A stretch of DNA of 49,846 bases from a virus. Taxonomy: Duplodnaviria; Heunggongvirae; Uroviricota; Caudoviricetes. Shown here in pieces: positions 1 to 10,187 of the stretch (position 1 is its first letter; the number at the start of each line of letters is the position of its first letter). Below the pieces are notes generated by a model. It saw only the letters and a program-made list of their open reading frames with translations, made no database searches and was not told the origin of the DNA. Where the stretch lies: the IMG/VR virus record IMGVR_UViG_2529293147_000015. The stretch is one strand, 5' to 3'. A program made the position numbers and the translations under genes.

Positions 1-585
1 TTATTCCATAACAGGGGTTGCAGGCCACTCAATATCCGGTGCAGTTGATGTATCAACACGGTTCAGCAACACCCGATACTTTTTCCAGGCTTCCAGCAAT
101 GAGGTTTCTTCCTCCGTTGCGATTTCCAGATCTACAGCATCCTGAAGTGGCGCAATATGCTCACTGGCTACCTGCATCAGGCTGTTTTTTGTTTCTTCCG
201 CCTCTCGGATCCGGAACAGTTTTTCTGCTTCTGCATCTTTCACCCAGGCTGTGCCGTTCCACTTCTGAAACTCCCCTTCCGGCGATAACCAGGTAACATT
301 TTCCGGTAACGGACCGAGTTCAGAAATAAATAACGCGTCCCCTGACGCTACGTCATAAACCGTTTTACCCCGATGGTCTTCAACGAGATGCCACGATGCC
401 TCATCACTGTTGAAAACAGCCACGAAGCCTGCCGGAATATCTGGCGGTGCAATATCGGTACTGTTTGCTGGCAGACCTGTATGAGGCGGAATATATGCAT
501 CACCTTCACCAATAAATTCATTAGTTCCGGCCAGCAGATTATAAATTTTTATGGTCCGTGGTTGTTCACTCATTCTGAATGCCAT
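1..585 (-). CDS. tfa: Tail fibre assembly protein Tfa
   Basis: 194-aa [27 protein letters not shown]... ending ...[11 protein letters not shown], matching lambda Tfa as I remember it; stop codon at window positions 1-3. Confidence 0.85.
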   Translation of the reverse strand: MAFRMSEQPRTIKIYNLLAGTNEFIGEGDAYIPPHTGLPANSTDIAPPDIPAGFVAVFNSDEASWHLVEDHRGKTVYDVASGDALFISELGPLPENVTWLSPEGEFQKWNGTAWVKDAEAEKLFRIREAEETKNSLMQVASEHIAPLQDAVDLEIATEEETSLLEAWKKYRVLLNRVDTSTAPDIEWPATPVME

Positions 586-3500
586 TATGCAAGCCTCACA
601 ATGTAGTTAAATGCGATGTTTTTGACGGTGTTTTCCGCGTTACCCGCAGCGTTAACGGTGATGGTGTGTCCATGTGAGCCAATCGAAACAGAGTGCGTAT
701 GAGCACCAATACCGACAGTATGTGCGTGAGCACCTGCAGATGCAGCTGTGCCGCTGACACTATGAGTGTGCGCTCCTGCAGCACTTGTATTCACACTGGC
801 CGCAGACACAACCTTATGTACTGACCCATTTTGTGACCACTGGCTGACTGCTGATGCGCCTGTGACACTATGAGTATGGTTTCCGGCACTTGCGGCTGTA
901 CCGCTCACACTGTGCGTATGCGCCCCGGTGTTATTCGTGGATTTAGTGCCGTAATCAAACGACGATGTGGTTTTCGTCCCCAAATCCGTACTGGATACGC
1001 TGGCGCTGTGGGTGTGCGATTTAATGCCGTCCTGTTCCTGAGACAATACGGCCCGACCACTGGCAGGCTTGCCCTTAATCGTCCAGCTACGCATATCAGG
1101 GATCACGCCTGACGGATAAGCGGCTGCAAGTTTCGGGTATGCAGATTTGTCAAAAGTCTGCCCCTGCATCAGGGCATAACCAGACGGAACGTTATCTGAT
1201 GGCCACGGGATTGGTGCACCGACTGGATAAAACTCTGCAGGAGGATGAGCCGAGGTGTAAAGCTGCGCCCACGGCGACCAGTTTGCGTCGGTCGTATCCC
1301 GTCGTGAACGAATAAATGCCGGAGCATGAGCACCGCTTGTACCACTCCAGCCGATGAGTAACTCACCTTCGCCAACGGCTGTCATCCCTTTCAGGTGAAT
1401 GATATTTCCATACGTTGTTGGATATCCGTTGTTATACACCTCGTATAACTCAAGACCTGCTGCCCCCTGCGTATTGTCTGTCAGCGCGGCTACCCGACCT
1501 TTTGAAGCCAGATTAACTGATGATACTGCTGTTCCACCTGACGGTAGCGCCCCGATCTCTGATGCCGTTGGCTTATTTCTGGAGTTATAGTCCCTTCGCC
1601 AGCCAGGTGAATAATCTGTTCCGTGATTAATATAGGTAAACTGGGCGTTGGTTGTTCCGCCACCGCTGGATGTGGTCGGAGTGGTAATGCGGATCGTCAT
1701 CGCTGACTTTATCCCCATTACTTCAATGACAGCTCCGGCGAGATGAATATTACCGCAGCCAGTATCAGTAATGATTTTATTATTGCCATAAGACCAGGAA
1801 CCCTTGCACATCCAGTATGGATGGTTAAATGCTCCCTGAGAATCCAGCCACTCGATAAACTGTGCAGTCGTCCAGTTTCCTGTTGTTGTGCTTACTGACC
1901 CACCGAAGGCACGGCAGGCACCAATATTTTTCGTAAAGGTGTCTTTGCCAGGGATATCCGCACCGTTCTGATCTTTCTGCAGACGTTTCTCAGCATTGTC
2001 ATTGGCTGCTTTTACTGCCTTTGGCGTTGCCGCCAGCGTTTCAGACGTGCTGTTGGTCGCGCTGCTTAGCTGGATTATCCCTTTCTGTGCTGTCGTTGCA
2101 TCCTGTGCGGTGTATTTCCCGTTAGCCAGGTCATACGCGGCCTTAACGGCTTTTGGTGTTGCCGCCAGTGACTCGGAAGTGCTGTTAGTCGCACTACTGA
2201 GCTGTACTATCCCCTTTTTCGTCGTGCTCGCATCCTCAAGCGCCACAGCGGATGCAATATCCTCTGCCCGTTTTGCCGCTGTCTCAGCGCGCGTTGCTGC
2301 AGATTCCGCCGTACTTTTGCTCTGAGCTGCTGCCTTCGCACTACCAGCAGCCTCTGTCGCCTTCGTGGATGCCGTCGTGGCGCTGCCCTTCGCTGCTGAC
2401 GCCTGTCTGGTCGCCTCATCTTTTGAAGCAGACGCCGATGATGCCGATGACGCCGCCGAACTGGCGGACGATGCCGCTGCCGTTTTTGAGGATTCTGCAC
2501 GGGTTTCCGACGCTTTCGCGTTCGTTTCGGATGTCTTCGCTGCGGAAGCTGACCTCGCTGCTGCGCTGGCCTGTTCAGTGGCTTCGCCAGCCTTCGTTGT
2601 GGCTGTTGAAGCGGATGATGCGGCGCTTTCTGCCGATTTTCCGGCGGCGATGGCACTGGCTGAGGCCTGCCCGGCACTTGTTGACGCGGCACTGGCAGAC
2701 GACGCAGCCGCTGTTTTTGAGCCTGCCGCAGCTGAGGCGCTCTGTCCCGCTGCCGTCTCAGAAGACCTGGCGTTCGTCTCGGACGTTTTTGCCGCCTTCG
2801 CGGAATTTCCTGCCGCCGTTGCCGAGGAAGCTGCGCTACTGGCGCTCAAGGATGCGTTCGTTTCTGATGATTTCGCTGCCTCTTTTGAGGCCGCCGCATC
2901 CCGGGCTGAGGTGGCAGCTTCTGACGCTTTCGTGGTCGCGGTGGATGCAGAAGTGGCGGCTGATTGTTCTGACGCTGCGGCATTCGTTTCTGACGTTTTC
3001 GCCGCACCGGCACTGGTAGCTGCCACGCTTTTTGAGGACTCTGCAGCGGCAGCACTTTTTGAGGCTTCAGTGGCCTTTGTTGATGCCGTTCCTGCGCTGG
3101 AAGACGCTGACTGAGCCGACGAAGCGGCCTGTCCGGCTGACGTGCTGGCTGCACGTGCTGAATCTGCAGCATCAGTCGCATGGGTTGCCGCCTCACGGGC
3201 AGATGTGCTGGCATCGCCGGCTGACTTCTTCGCGGCTGCCGTGTTCTGTGCCACTACGGACGCGTTACGCGCCACCTCTTCCACCATCAGTTCAAAACGG
3301 CGCAGTGCCTCCGGACGGGCATCATCCTCCGTCATGGCACCGAGAAAATCATTCAGCGTACCGGGTTGGGAATCTTCATACACGGTGATGGTCCCGGCAT
3401 GTGACGGCGGGAATCCTTCCACCAACAGAATAACGCTGTACTGACCGTACTCAACGTCCATGCTGTAACGCCCGGCTTCATCCGGATTTTCTGAGGCCAG

Positions 3501-3611
3501 CGTGTTCACCACCACCGTGGTGCTGTTACGTTTTGCTTTCAGCTGGATTGTGCAGTTCTGTACCGGTTTTCCTGTGCCGTCTTTCAGTACACCTGAAATC
3601 TTTACTGCCAT
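585..3611 (-). CDS. stf: Side tail fibre protein Stf (lambda Stf-like); ATG at 3611 preferred over the GTG at 3617 used by the ORF track
   Basis: [26 protein letters not shown]... N-terminus, long Ala/Ser/Thr-rich repeat domain with KTSETNA motifs, HTHS(V/A)SG repeats and C-terminal ...[11 protein letters not shown]; RBS GGGGTGA before the ATG. Confidence 0.8.
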   Translation of the reverse strand: MAVKISGVLKDGTGKPVQNCTIQLKAKRNSTTVVVNTLASENPDEAGRYSMDVEYGQYSVILLVEGFPPSHAGTITVYEDSQPGTLNDFLGAMTEDDARPEALRRFELMVEEVARNASVVAQNTAAAKKSAGDASTSAREAATHATDAADSARAASTSAGQAASSAQSASSSAGTASTKATEASKSAAAAESSKSVAATSAGAAKTSETNAAASEQSAATSASTATTKASEAATSARDAAASKEAAKSSETNASLSASSAASSATAAGNSAKAAKTSETNARSSETAAGQSASAAAGSKTAAASSASAASTSAGQASASAIAAGKSAESAASSASTATTKAGEATEQASAAARSASAAKTSETNAKASETRAESSKTAAASSASSAASSASSASASKDEATRQASAAKGSATTASTKATEAAGSAKAAAQSKSTAESAATRAETAAKRAEDIASAVALEDASTTKKGIVQLSSATNSTSESLAATPKAVKAAYDLANGKYTAQDATTAQKGIIQLSSATNSTSETLAATPKAVKAANDNAEKRLQKDQNGADIPGKDTFTKNIGACRAFGGSVSTTTGNWTTAQFIEWLDSQGAFNHPYWMCKGSWSYGNNKIITDTGCGNIHLAGAVIEVMGIKSAMTIRITTPTTSSGGGTTNAQFTYINHGTDYSPGWRRDYNSRNKPTASEIGALPSGGTAVSSVNLASKGRVAALTDNTQGAAGLELYEVYNNGYPTTYGNIIHLKGMTAVGEGELLIGWSGTSGAHAPAFIRSRRDTTDANWSPWAQLYTSAHPPAEFYPVGAPIPWPSDNVPSGYALMQGQTFDKSAYPKLAAAYPSGVIPDMRSWTIKGKPASGRAVLSQEQDGIKSHTHSASVSSTDLGTKTTSSFDYGTKSTNNTGAHTHSVSGTAASAGNHTHSVTGASAVSQWSQNGSVHKVVSAASVNTSAAGAHTHSVSGTAASAGAHAHTVGIGAHTHSVSIGSHGHTITVNAAGNAENTVKNIAFNYIVRLA
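2010..2270 (-). repeat. Tandem duplication (~132-bp period, 2 copies) inside stf encoding KGI(V/I)[11 protein letters not shown](S/T)[11 protein letters not shown]
   Basis: ttggcgttgccgccag at 2021 and ttggtgttgccgccag at 2153; duplicated 44-aa block in the translated protein. Confidence 0.6.
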
Positions 3612-3622
3612 ATTCACCCCAC

Positions 3623-3648
3623 AAAAAAGCCCGCCTGAACCGGCGGGC
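3623..3648 (-). terminator. Intrinsic terminator between lom and stf
   Basis: Minus-strand hairpin GCCCGCC-ggttca-GGCGGGC followed by a T6 run. Confidence 0.5.
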
Positions 3649-3675
3649 TGTCATAACACTGTGTTACCTGGCTAA

Positions 3676-4275
3676 TCAGAATTTATAACCGACACCAACG
3701 ATGAAACCGTCAGTGCGCCAGTCACCACTGCCGGAGCCTTCATAAGCAATATCAATGGCCACGGATTCGGTCGGGTTAAACTGCACGCCAGCCCCCCACG
3801 CCAGAGACGTGTTGCTGTGGCGACCGTCATCACTTCCGGTCAGCACATCGTGCTTTTTCCCCTTGTTGTCAGTTACGCGGAGATAATCCCCGGAGAAAGT
3901 CGACACACGGCTGTAAGCCACACCCGCCATCGCATACGCGCTGAACCATTCATTCACGCGCACAGACGGCCCCGCCATTACGCTGAACCAGCGGTTACGA
4001 ACGGAATCTTCATGCCAGCGGGTATCGCTGTAACGGGTCAGCTGGCGATTCTTGTCTCCTGCATAGCTGAATGACGTCACCATCCCCAGTGTGTCCGTAA
4101 ACTCATAACGGTATTTCACGTTAATCCCGTTCAGATCATCACTGCCGGGGACGTTCGTCGAGGCATGAAGATACCCCGCGCTCAGCGTGGACTGATGTTC
4201 AGACGCCCATGCAGGCGCACCGGATACGGCCAGACAAATGGCTGCGGACAAAATGGCGGCATAAAGTTTACGCAT
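3676..4275 (-). CDS. lom: Outer membrane protein Lom (Ail/Lom family) moron
   Basis: MRKLYAAILSAAICLAVSGAPAWA signal peptide, ...GFIVGVGYKF C-terminal beta-barrel signature; position between J and stf as in lambda. Confidence 0.85.
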   Translation of the reverse strand: MRKLYAAILSAAICLAVSGAPAWASEHQSTLSAGYLHASTNVPGSDDLNGINVKYRYEFTDTLGMVTSFSYAGDKNRQLTRYSDTRWHEDSVRNRWFSVMAGPSVRVNEWFSAYAMAGVAYSRVSTFSGDYLRVTDNKGKKHDVLTGSDDGRHSNTSLAWGAGVQFNPTESVAIDIAYEGSGSGDWRTDGFIVGVGYKF

Positions 4276-4297
4276 AATTACCTCTCGCTTTTCTGCA

Positions 4298-4323
4298 ATA
4301 AAAAAGGCACCATTTCTGGTGCC
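4298..4323 (-). terminator. Intrinsic terminator between J and lom
   Basis: Minus-strand hairpin GGCACCA-gaaa-TGGTGCC followed by TTTTTTATT. Confidence 0.5.
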
Positions 4324-4344
4324 CTTATATGGGTTATAACAATT

Positions 4345-7300
4345 TCAACGAATACTGATGCCGGAAGCGGCTTTTTTGGTCACAATCACCGTACAGTCGG
4401 TGATATTGCCTGCCCCCTGATTGCCTTTCTGGAAAATCTTAAACTCCAGAGTGACGCTTCCCCTGCCACTCGGCATATCAATAACTGCACTGTAACTACC
4501 GGGAATGGCCCCTTTAGTTTCTCTGGATGCGATTAATACGCCGTTTTTGCGAACTTCAAAACCATAACCCGTGTATCGCGTGCCTCCTGGGTTATTTCCG
4601 CTCCCCGGATCGTCATACGCTATACCGTTAAAAATAATGGGCGGAATAATAATCTGGCGGTCAAAGTTATGATCATCGCTGATGGTGACTGTAACCGTAC
4701 CGTTTGGTGTTTCCGTGTTACCCCACGTACCGACTTTTTTCGGGAAGGCTTTTGATACAGCTTTAACGAAATCTCCTCTGACCTGGGTCGCCTCCAGCAT
4801 GCCCTTAATCGTACAGTTCTGGTTAATCGTGACATTGTTGAGCGTTCCTGAGTTCGCATTCACACTGCCACTGATATCCGCATTTTTCGCCGTCAGTCTC
4901 CCGTCTGATGTCAGGGAAAATGCCGGAGGATTACCGCCGCTGGTAATGGTGGGGGCCGTCAGGCGTTTCAGGAACACTTCATTCATGAATATCTGATCGC
5001 CCTGACCAACAAACATCGGCTTTGTGTTGCCATTCGCAGGATTAATCATCGCAATCCTGTCTGCTGCCAGCAGCACCTGACTCTGCATGCCGTCAGGGGT
5101 GTTCTCAATACCGGCACCGATACCCGCAATATAAAGGCGTCCGTCCTGCATCTGCTGCAGCTTCACTGCCCACATGCTGTTCAGGTTATTATTTGTATCA
5201 ACCTGAACCTTCTGTATCTGCTGGATCGCTGCACTCTGGTCTTCCAGTTTCTTATTGACGGTCTGTGTTATTTCATTGCTGACATCCGTTATGGACGTCC
5301 TGATTTCAGTCAGGTCAGGCGCAAGCTGACCGTTATCAATCTGCGTCCACAGCTCCTGAGCCAGATGGGTTTTCCCTATCTCGCCTTTGAAAAAATCCAG
5401 ATAGCCTGATGCATCATCACTCGGCTGACCGACAGCCTCCACGAATGCCGATTTGCCAACGGTGTTCACACTGCGAACGTAAAAATAATAATCATGGCCC
5501 GGTTTGATATTGATACTGGCGGCTATCCAGTACAGTGCCGTACCAAGATAACGCGCGCTGGTTTCAACCTGCCTGATATCCGCAATCCGTTTTTCCGAGA
5601 ACCAGAACTCAAACTGTACCGTCGGGTCATAAACCGCAAGATGCGGCGTGGCGGTTATCTGAAAATAGCCCGGCGTCAGCTCAATCCGCGACGGCGCTGC
5701 CGGTGCGGCAATCCGGAACGATACCGACGCCGGATCGCCCTGCTGCCCCCACGCATTTACTGCTCGGACTGTCAGCCTGTAGTTCCCCAGAGCCAGTTGT
5801 GTGAAGCGGTAAGTGGTTTCCGTCGTCCGGGCCGTGCTGACCAGCCGCTCACGGCCGTCATCCGCTGCCACGGTCAGGCGAAGCAGGAAGCTCACGCCCT
5901 TCACCACCTTCGGCGTGTCCCAGCGCGCCAGCACCTGGTATTCCCCGCTGTCTGCGGTGACTTCTGCGGTCAGTGCTGCACCGCTGGCGGCGTGACACCA
6001 TTCACCGTGCCGCTCTGGTCGCCGTCAAAGTGCGCCCCGTTATCCACGATGGCTTCTTTTTCCGGTACATGCTGCACGGCAGTGATGGCATACGTGCCGT
6101 CATCGTTCTCACGGATACTCACACAGCGGAACAGGCGCTGGCGCAGCGTCGGCAGCTTAGCCCCCACACGCTGTATTCGCAACCCGTCAGGAACACGGCT
6201 CACTTTTACCTTCACGCCGTCGGTGACGGACTGGACCTCCACGCTGACCGGATTGCCACTTCCGTCAACCAGGCTTATCAGCGTGGTACCGGAGGATGGC
6301 AGCGTGATTTCACGGTCGAGCGTCAGCGTCCGGGTCTGGCTGTTCACCGCCAGCACGCGCCCGCCGGTGCTGATACCGGCATAGTCATCATCGCAGATTT
6401 CAATGACATCGCCCGGTACATGGCGAAGCCCTTCGCACCCACGCTGAATCCACGGTCTGCGTTTCCAGCAGTTCCGTTTTAATCAGCCACAGCCCGGCGC
6501 GGTGTGCCTGCCCCCGGCTGGTACAGCCAAAGGCATCCATCTTCGTGACGTTACGACCGTAACGGAATGGCCTGCGTGTCCTCCACAAGCTCTGTCGCCG
6601 TCTCCCAGCCGTTTCGGGTCAATCCAGTTCACCTCAACGGCATTATGGCGGTCCTTAGGGCGCTGAAGCTGTAGCGGAACGGCGCGCCATCATCCGGCAT
6701 CACCACATTACTGCGGTTATAGGTCCACACCTTATCTGATGGTCGGTCCTGCACGAACGTCAGCGTCTGCCCGTTCCATACCGGCATACAGCGCATCGCC
6801 GAGCAGAAATCACTGAGCACATCCCACGCCTTCGTGTGTGGTCAGAGCTTACAGGTGATGCGCGGCTCCGTCCGCCAAAGCCGTCCGGCACTGACTGGTC
6901 GCAGTACTGGCCGATGACATACAGCGCCCATTTTCCACATCCGCCGCACCAAGACGTTTCCCCATGCCGTAGCGGGTGGGTCAGCATATCCCACAGACAC
7001 CAGGCCATGTTTTGCTGTATGCGGTTAACGTTCCGTCCCAGATACCGCTGTATTGCGCGTCTGCGGGTTATAGTTCGACGGCACCTGCAGAATCGCCCGC
7101 GAAGATGATAATTACGGCTCACCTGCTGGCTGCCGAACTGCTCCGATCCACCTGCACGCCGACCAGTGCCGTGTTCGGGTAGCACTGTTTCACATCGATA
7201 TTTCGGTGTATGACGACCAGAGCGTTTTGTTCTGCAGCTGGTCTGTGGTGCTGTCCGGCGTCATCCTGCGCATCCGGATATAACGGGCGCGGCGGCAGGT

Positions 7301-7811
7301 TATCCACCACCACCGAGGCCAGATACTGCGAGGTGGTTTTGCCCTTAATGGTGATGTCTTTTTCCGTCACCCAGCCACCGTTACGTTGTATCTGAACCAG
7401 CAGGCGGACTTCCGACGGATTCCGGTCCCCCTTTGAGGTGGTTTCCACCAGTGCCTGCACACCGAAGGTAAAACGCAGACGGTCAATGTTTGCCGACGTG
7501 ATGGTCCGGGTGATCGGCGTGTCATATTTCACTTCCGTACCCAGCACCGTCTCGGAGCCGGAGGATTCAAATCCCTCCGGCGGTGTCTGCTCCTGCTCAC
7601 CGGCCCGGAACACCACCGTGACGCCGGAGATGTTGGTATTCCCCTCAGTGTCCAGCACCGGCGTACTGTTCAGCAGCACGCTTTTTAATCCATCCACCGG
7701 ACCTTCAACCGGCCCTTCGCTGATGGCATCGATCACACTCAGCAACTGCGTGGACTTCAGGTTGTCCTTCGCTTCGCGCGGGGTATGCCCCTTACTGCTT
7801 CCTTTACCCAT
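4345..7811 (-). pseudogene. J: Host-specificity / central tail fibre protein J, interrupted by multiple frameshifts
   Basis: J-like translation is split over ORFs 7119..7811, 6760..7185, 6629..6820, 6400..6588, 5970..6356 and 4345..5934 in different frames; lambda J motifs ([88 protein letters not shown]) appear across frames. Confidence 0.6.
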
Positions 7812-7871
7812 TCCTCACGCTCCATAAATGACAAAACCGCCCGCAGGCGGTTTCACATAAAACATTTTGCA

Positions 7872-8513
7872 TCAGCGACCAATCACCACAACCTGACCAC
7901 CGTCCCCTTCGTCTGCCGTGCTGATCTCCTGAGAAACCACGCGTGACCCCACGCGCATTTCCCCGTACAGAACAGGCAGAACATTGCCCTGGGCAACCAT
8001 GTTATCCAGTGAAGAAAAATAGGTATTCTGTTTGCCGTTATCCGTTGTCTGTGTGCGGGGGGTTTTGGGTTTAGGGGCCAGCATCTGTGCAACACCGCCA
8101 AGCGTCATACTGGCACCGAGAGAAAACAGCAGATTACTCGCCATAATTCCTACCCCCGGCATCCATATAGCAACCGCCATAACAGCCGCCCCCAGCACAG
8201 CCTGAAACACACCGCCACTTTTGGCTCCTGCCAGACGCGGCACGATATGGATCACGGCACCATTTTCCAGCGGCTCATTAAGACGGGCAGACAATTCGGT
8301 TTCACCTGCATCACGCCCGGCAATGCGTACCTGGTACCAGCCGTCGCTCAGTTTCTGACGAAATGCCGGGATCTGCATGGCCAGCGCCCGGATGGCTTCG
8401 GACCCCGTTTTCACTCGAAGGTCGATGCGGCGGCCAAATCGTTGTAAATCCCCGTAAAGGCAGATGCGTGCCATGCCCGGTGACGCCAGAGGGAGTGTGT
8501 GCGTCGCTGCCAT
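7872..8513 (-). CDS. I: Tail assembly protein I
   Basis: 213-aa ORF in the lambda I position, hydrophobic central segment. Confidence 0.75.
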   Translation of the reverse strand: MAATHTLPLASPGMARICLYGDLQRFGRRIDLRVKTGSEAIRALAMQIPAFRQKLSDGWYQVRIAGRDAGETELSARLNEPLENGAVIHIVPRLAGAKSGGVFQAVLGAAVMAVAIWMPGVGIMASNLLFSLGASMTLGGVAQMLAPKPKTPRTQTTDNGKQNTYFSSLDNMVAQGNVLPVLYGEMRVGSRVVSQEISTADEGDGGQVVVIGR

Positions 8514-9154
8514 TTGTCGGTATACCTCTCTCGTTTGCTCAGTTGTTCAGGAATATGGTGCAGCAGCTCGCCATCACCACAGTAAATGGCGGCATGATTC
8601 GGCACCGATGAACCAAAACAGCACAGCAGCACATCGCCCGGCTGCGCCGCTGACAACGGCACCTGATACAGCCCTGTGGCCTCCAGATTATCCAGATAGA
8701 GATTCTGACCGTTACGCCACCAGTCATCCCCGCGATGAAAATCCGGCATCTCAATCCCCGCCAGATGATAAGCATCCCGGAACAGCGTGTAACAGTCCGT
8801 CACCCCGTGCTCAAAGCGCCGCCCGGTGAGATGCGGCACACAGCGGAACTTATGAATCGCCCCCCGGCAGACCAGCCACCACGGCAAATCACTCTGCACC
8901 TGCAGCCGCCGGTCAGCCTCACTCAGCCAGGGCAGACCACCGGGGTGGCTGTGGACCAGCGCCACAATCTCACCCTGCATTTCTGCCTGCAGCCAGTCCT
9001 CCGGCGACATCCGGAAATACGCCTCCGGCTCACCGGAGATATTCACGCAGGGAAAATATCTTTCCCCCTCCGGCGTGCTTACCACGAAGCCGCACGACTC
9101 CGCTGGCGCACATCGCCGGGCGTGCGCCAGAATCGCTGATTCTGTCTCTGTCAT
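8411..9154 (-). CDS. K: Tail assembly protein K (peptidase-like); 3' limit uncertain, overlaps I
   Basis: HSHP metal-binding motif and Cys/His region in the K position between L and I. Confidence 0.7.
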   Translation of the reverse strand: MTETESAILAHARRCAPAESCGFVVSTPEGERYFPCVNISGEPEAYFRMSPEDWLQAEMQGEIVALVHSHPGGLPWLSEADRRLQVQSDLPWWLVCRGAIHKFRCVPHLTGRRFEHGVTDCYTLFRDAYHLAGIEMPDFHRGDDWWRNGQNLYLDNLEATGLYQVPLSAAQPGDVLLCCFGSSVPNHAAIYCGDGELLHHIPEQLSKRERYTDKWQRRTHSLWRHRAWHASAFTGIYNDLAAASTFE

Positions 9155-9159
9155 GGGAT

Positions 9160-9858
9160 TTACTGCGAAAGTTTGTTAATGGAAAGGAAGCCGCCAAAGT
9201 TGCAGACGTTATTGCGAAACTTACAGCCACTCAGGCATTTGCTGCATTTATCCTTCGTGATATCGGACGTCGGCTGGTCATATTCATCCGCGACAGCCGG
9301 ACCGTGATAACCGCACTCATCACCGCGATAGGTCCAGGTGCAGGTGTTGGCCAGCATGATACGTCCCGGAAAAACAGCGCCGTCCGTTTCCGTCGGCGTG
9401 GACAGTACAAAAGAGGCACTCACCGCGCTCAGTTCGCTGCACTGCTCAATGCGCCAGCGGCTGATCACCTCCTGCTCCGGATCGGCGTCACTGTTTCCGT
9501 TGACGAAGTTCACCGCATCCAGAAAACGGGCGTAAACCTTACGCCTGACCACCGTTCCGCCGACCAGACTCTGCAGGTCTTCCGCCATCCCGGTGACCAT
9601 GCCGTGCAGGTTAGAAACCGTCAGTGTCGGACGGGCAGCACTGCCCTTGCCATTCAGTTCAAAACCACTCCCCTGAATGGGATACGCCTGATACTGTCGC
9701 CCCTGCCAGGTGACCGGCTCACCTTTTTCGTTCTGCTCATTACAGAAAAAATAACGTTCTCCACCGACCTCTGTCAGATCGATTTCCCAGAGCACCACGC
9801 TGGCCGACTGCTCCGCACGGGTGCATTCATTCAGTGTTTCCTGCTGTATATCCTGCAT
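9160..9858 (-). CDS. L: Minor tail protein L
   Basis: 232-aa ORF, same length and position as lambda L. Confidence 0.8.
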   Translation of the reverse strand: MQDIQQETLNECTRAEQSASVVLWEIDLTEVGGERYFFCNEQNEKGEPVTWQGRQYQAYPIQGSGFELNGKGSAARPTLTVSNLHGMVTGMAEDLQSLVGGTVVRRKVYARFLDAVNFVNGNSDADPEQEVISRWRIEQCSELSAVSASFVLSTPTETDGAVFPGRIMLANTCTWTYRGDECGYHGPAVADEYDQPTSDITKDKCSKCLSGCKFRNNVCNFGGFLSINKLSQ

Positions 9859-10187
9859 CAGTTCACCACCTGCTCAAAATCTGCCGTTACAGTCACCCAT
9901 AACGCCCCAACGCGTGTCGACCATTTACGACAAACCACCATGACTGGTTTCCAGCCATAAGGCGGCACCCACTGAAACGCCCTGACACCGCCATGCCGCG
10001 CCAGAAAATCCTCCAGTGACTGATGTTCTCCTTTACGTATCCGGATAGTCACACTGTAAACAGACAATAAATTATTCAGTCCTGCCGGTCGCCGCTGTTC
10101 ATAGCCATCCCCCAGCTTTACCGTCAACACCTTCGGTTCCGATGCAACTGTCATATCAGGACGAATTTTCCAGTGAAACGTCTCCAT
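9858..10187 (-). CDS. M: Minor tail protein M
   Basis: 109-aa ORF, same length and position as lambda M. Confidence 0.8.
   Translation of the reverse strand: METFHWKIRPDMTVASEPKVLTVKLGDGYEQRRPAGLNNLLSVYSVTIRIRKGEHQSLEDFLARHGGVRAFQWVPPYGWKPVMVVCRKWSTRVGALWVTVTADFEQVVN

Noticed and set aside
2207-3214. Long Arg/Pro-rich and Ala/Asp-rich ORFs (2207..2692, 2252..3019, 2365..3114, 2846..3214) overlapping stf
   Set aside because: Alternative-frame and antisense artefacts of the repetitive GC-rich stf coding sequence; stf itself is the lambda-like reading frame
5494-6384. 296-aa plus-strand ORF antisense to J
   Set aside because: No start context; lies entirely within the J pseudogene on the opposite strand
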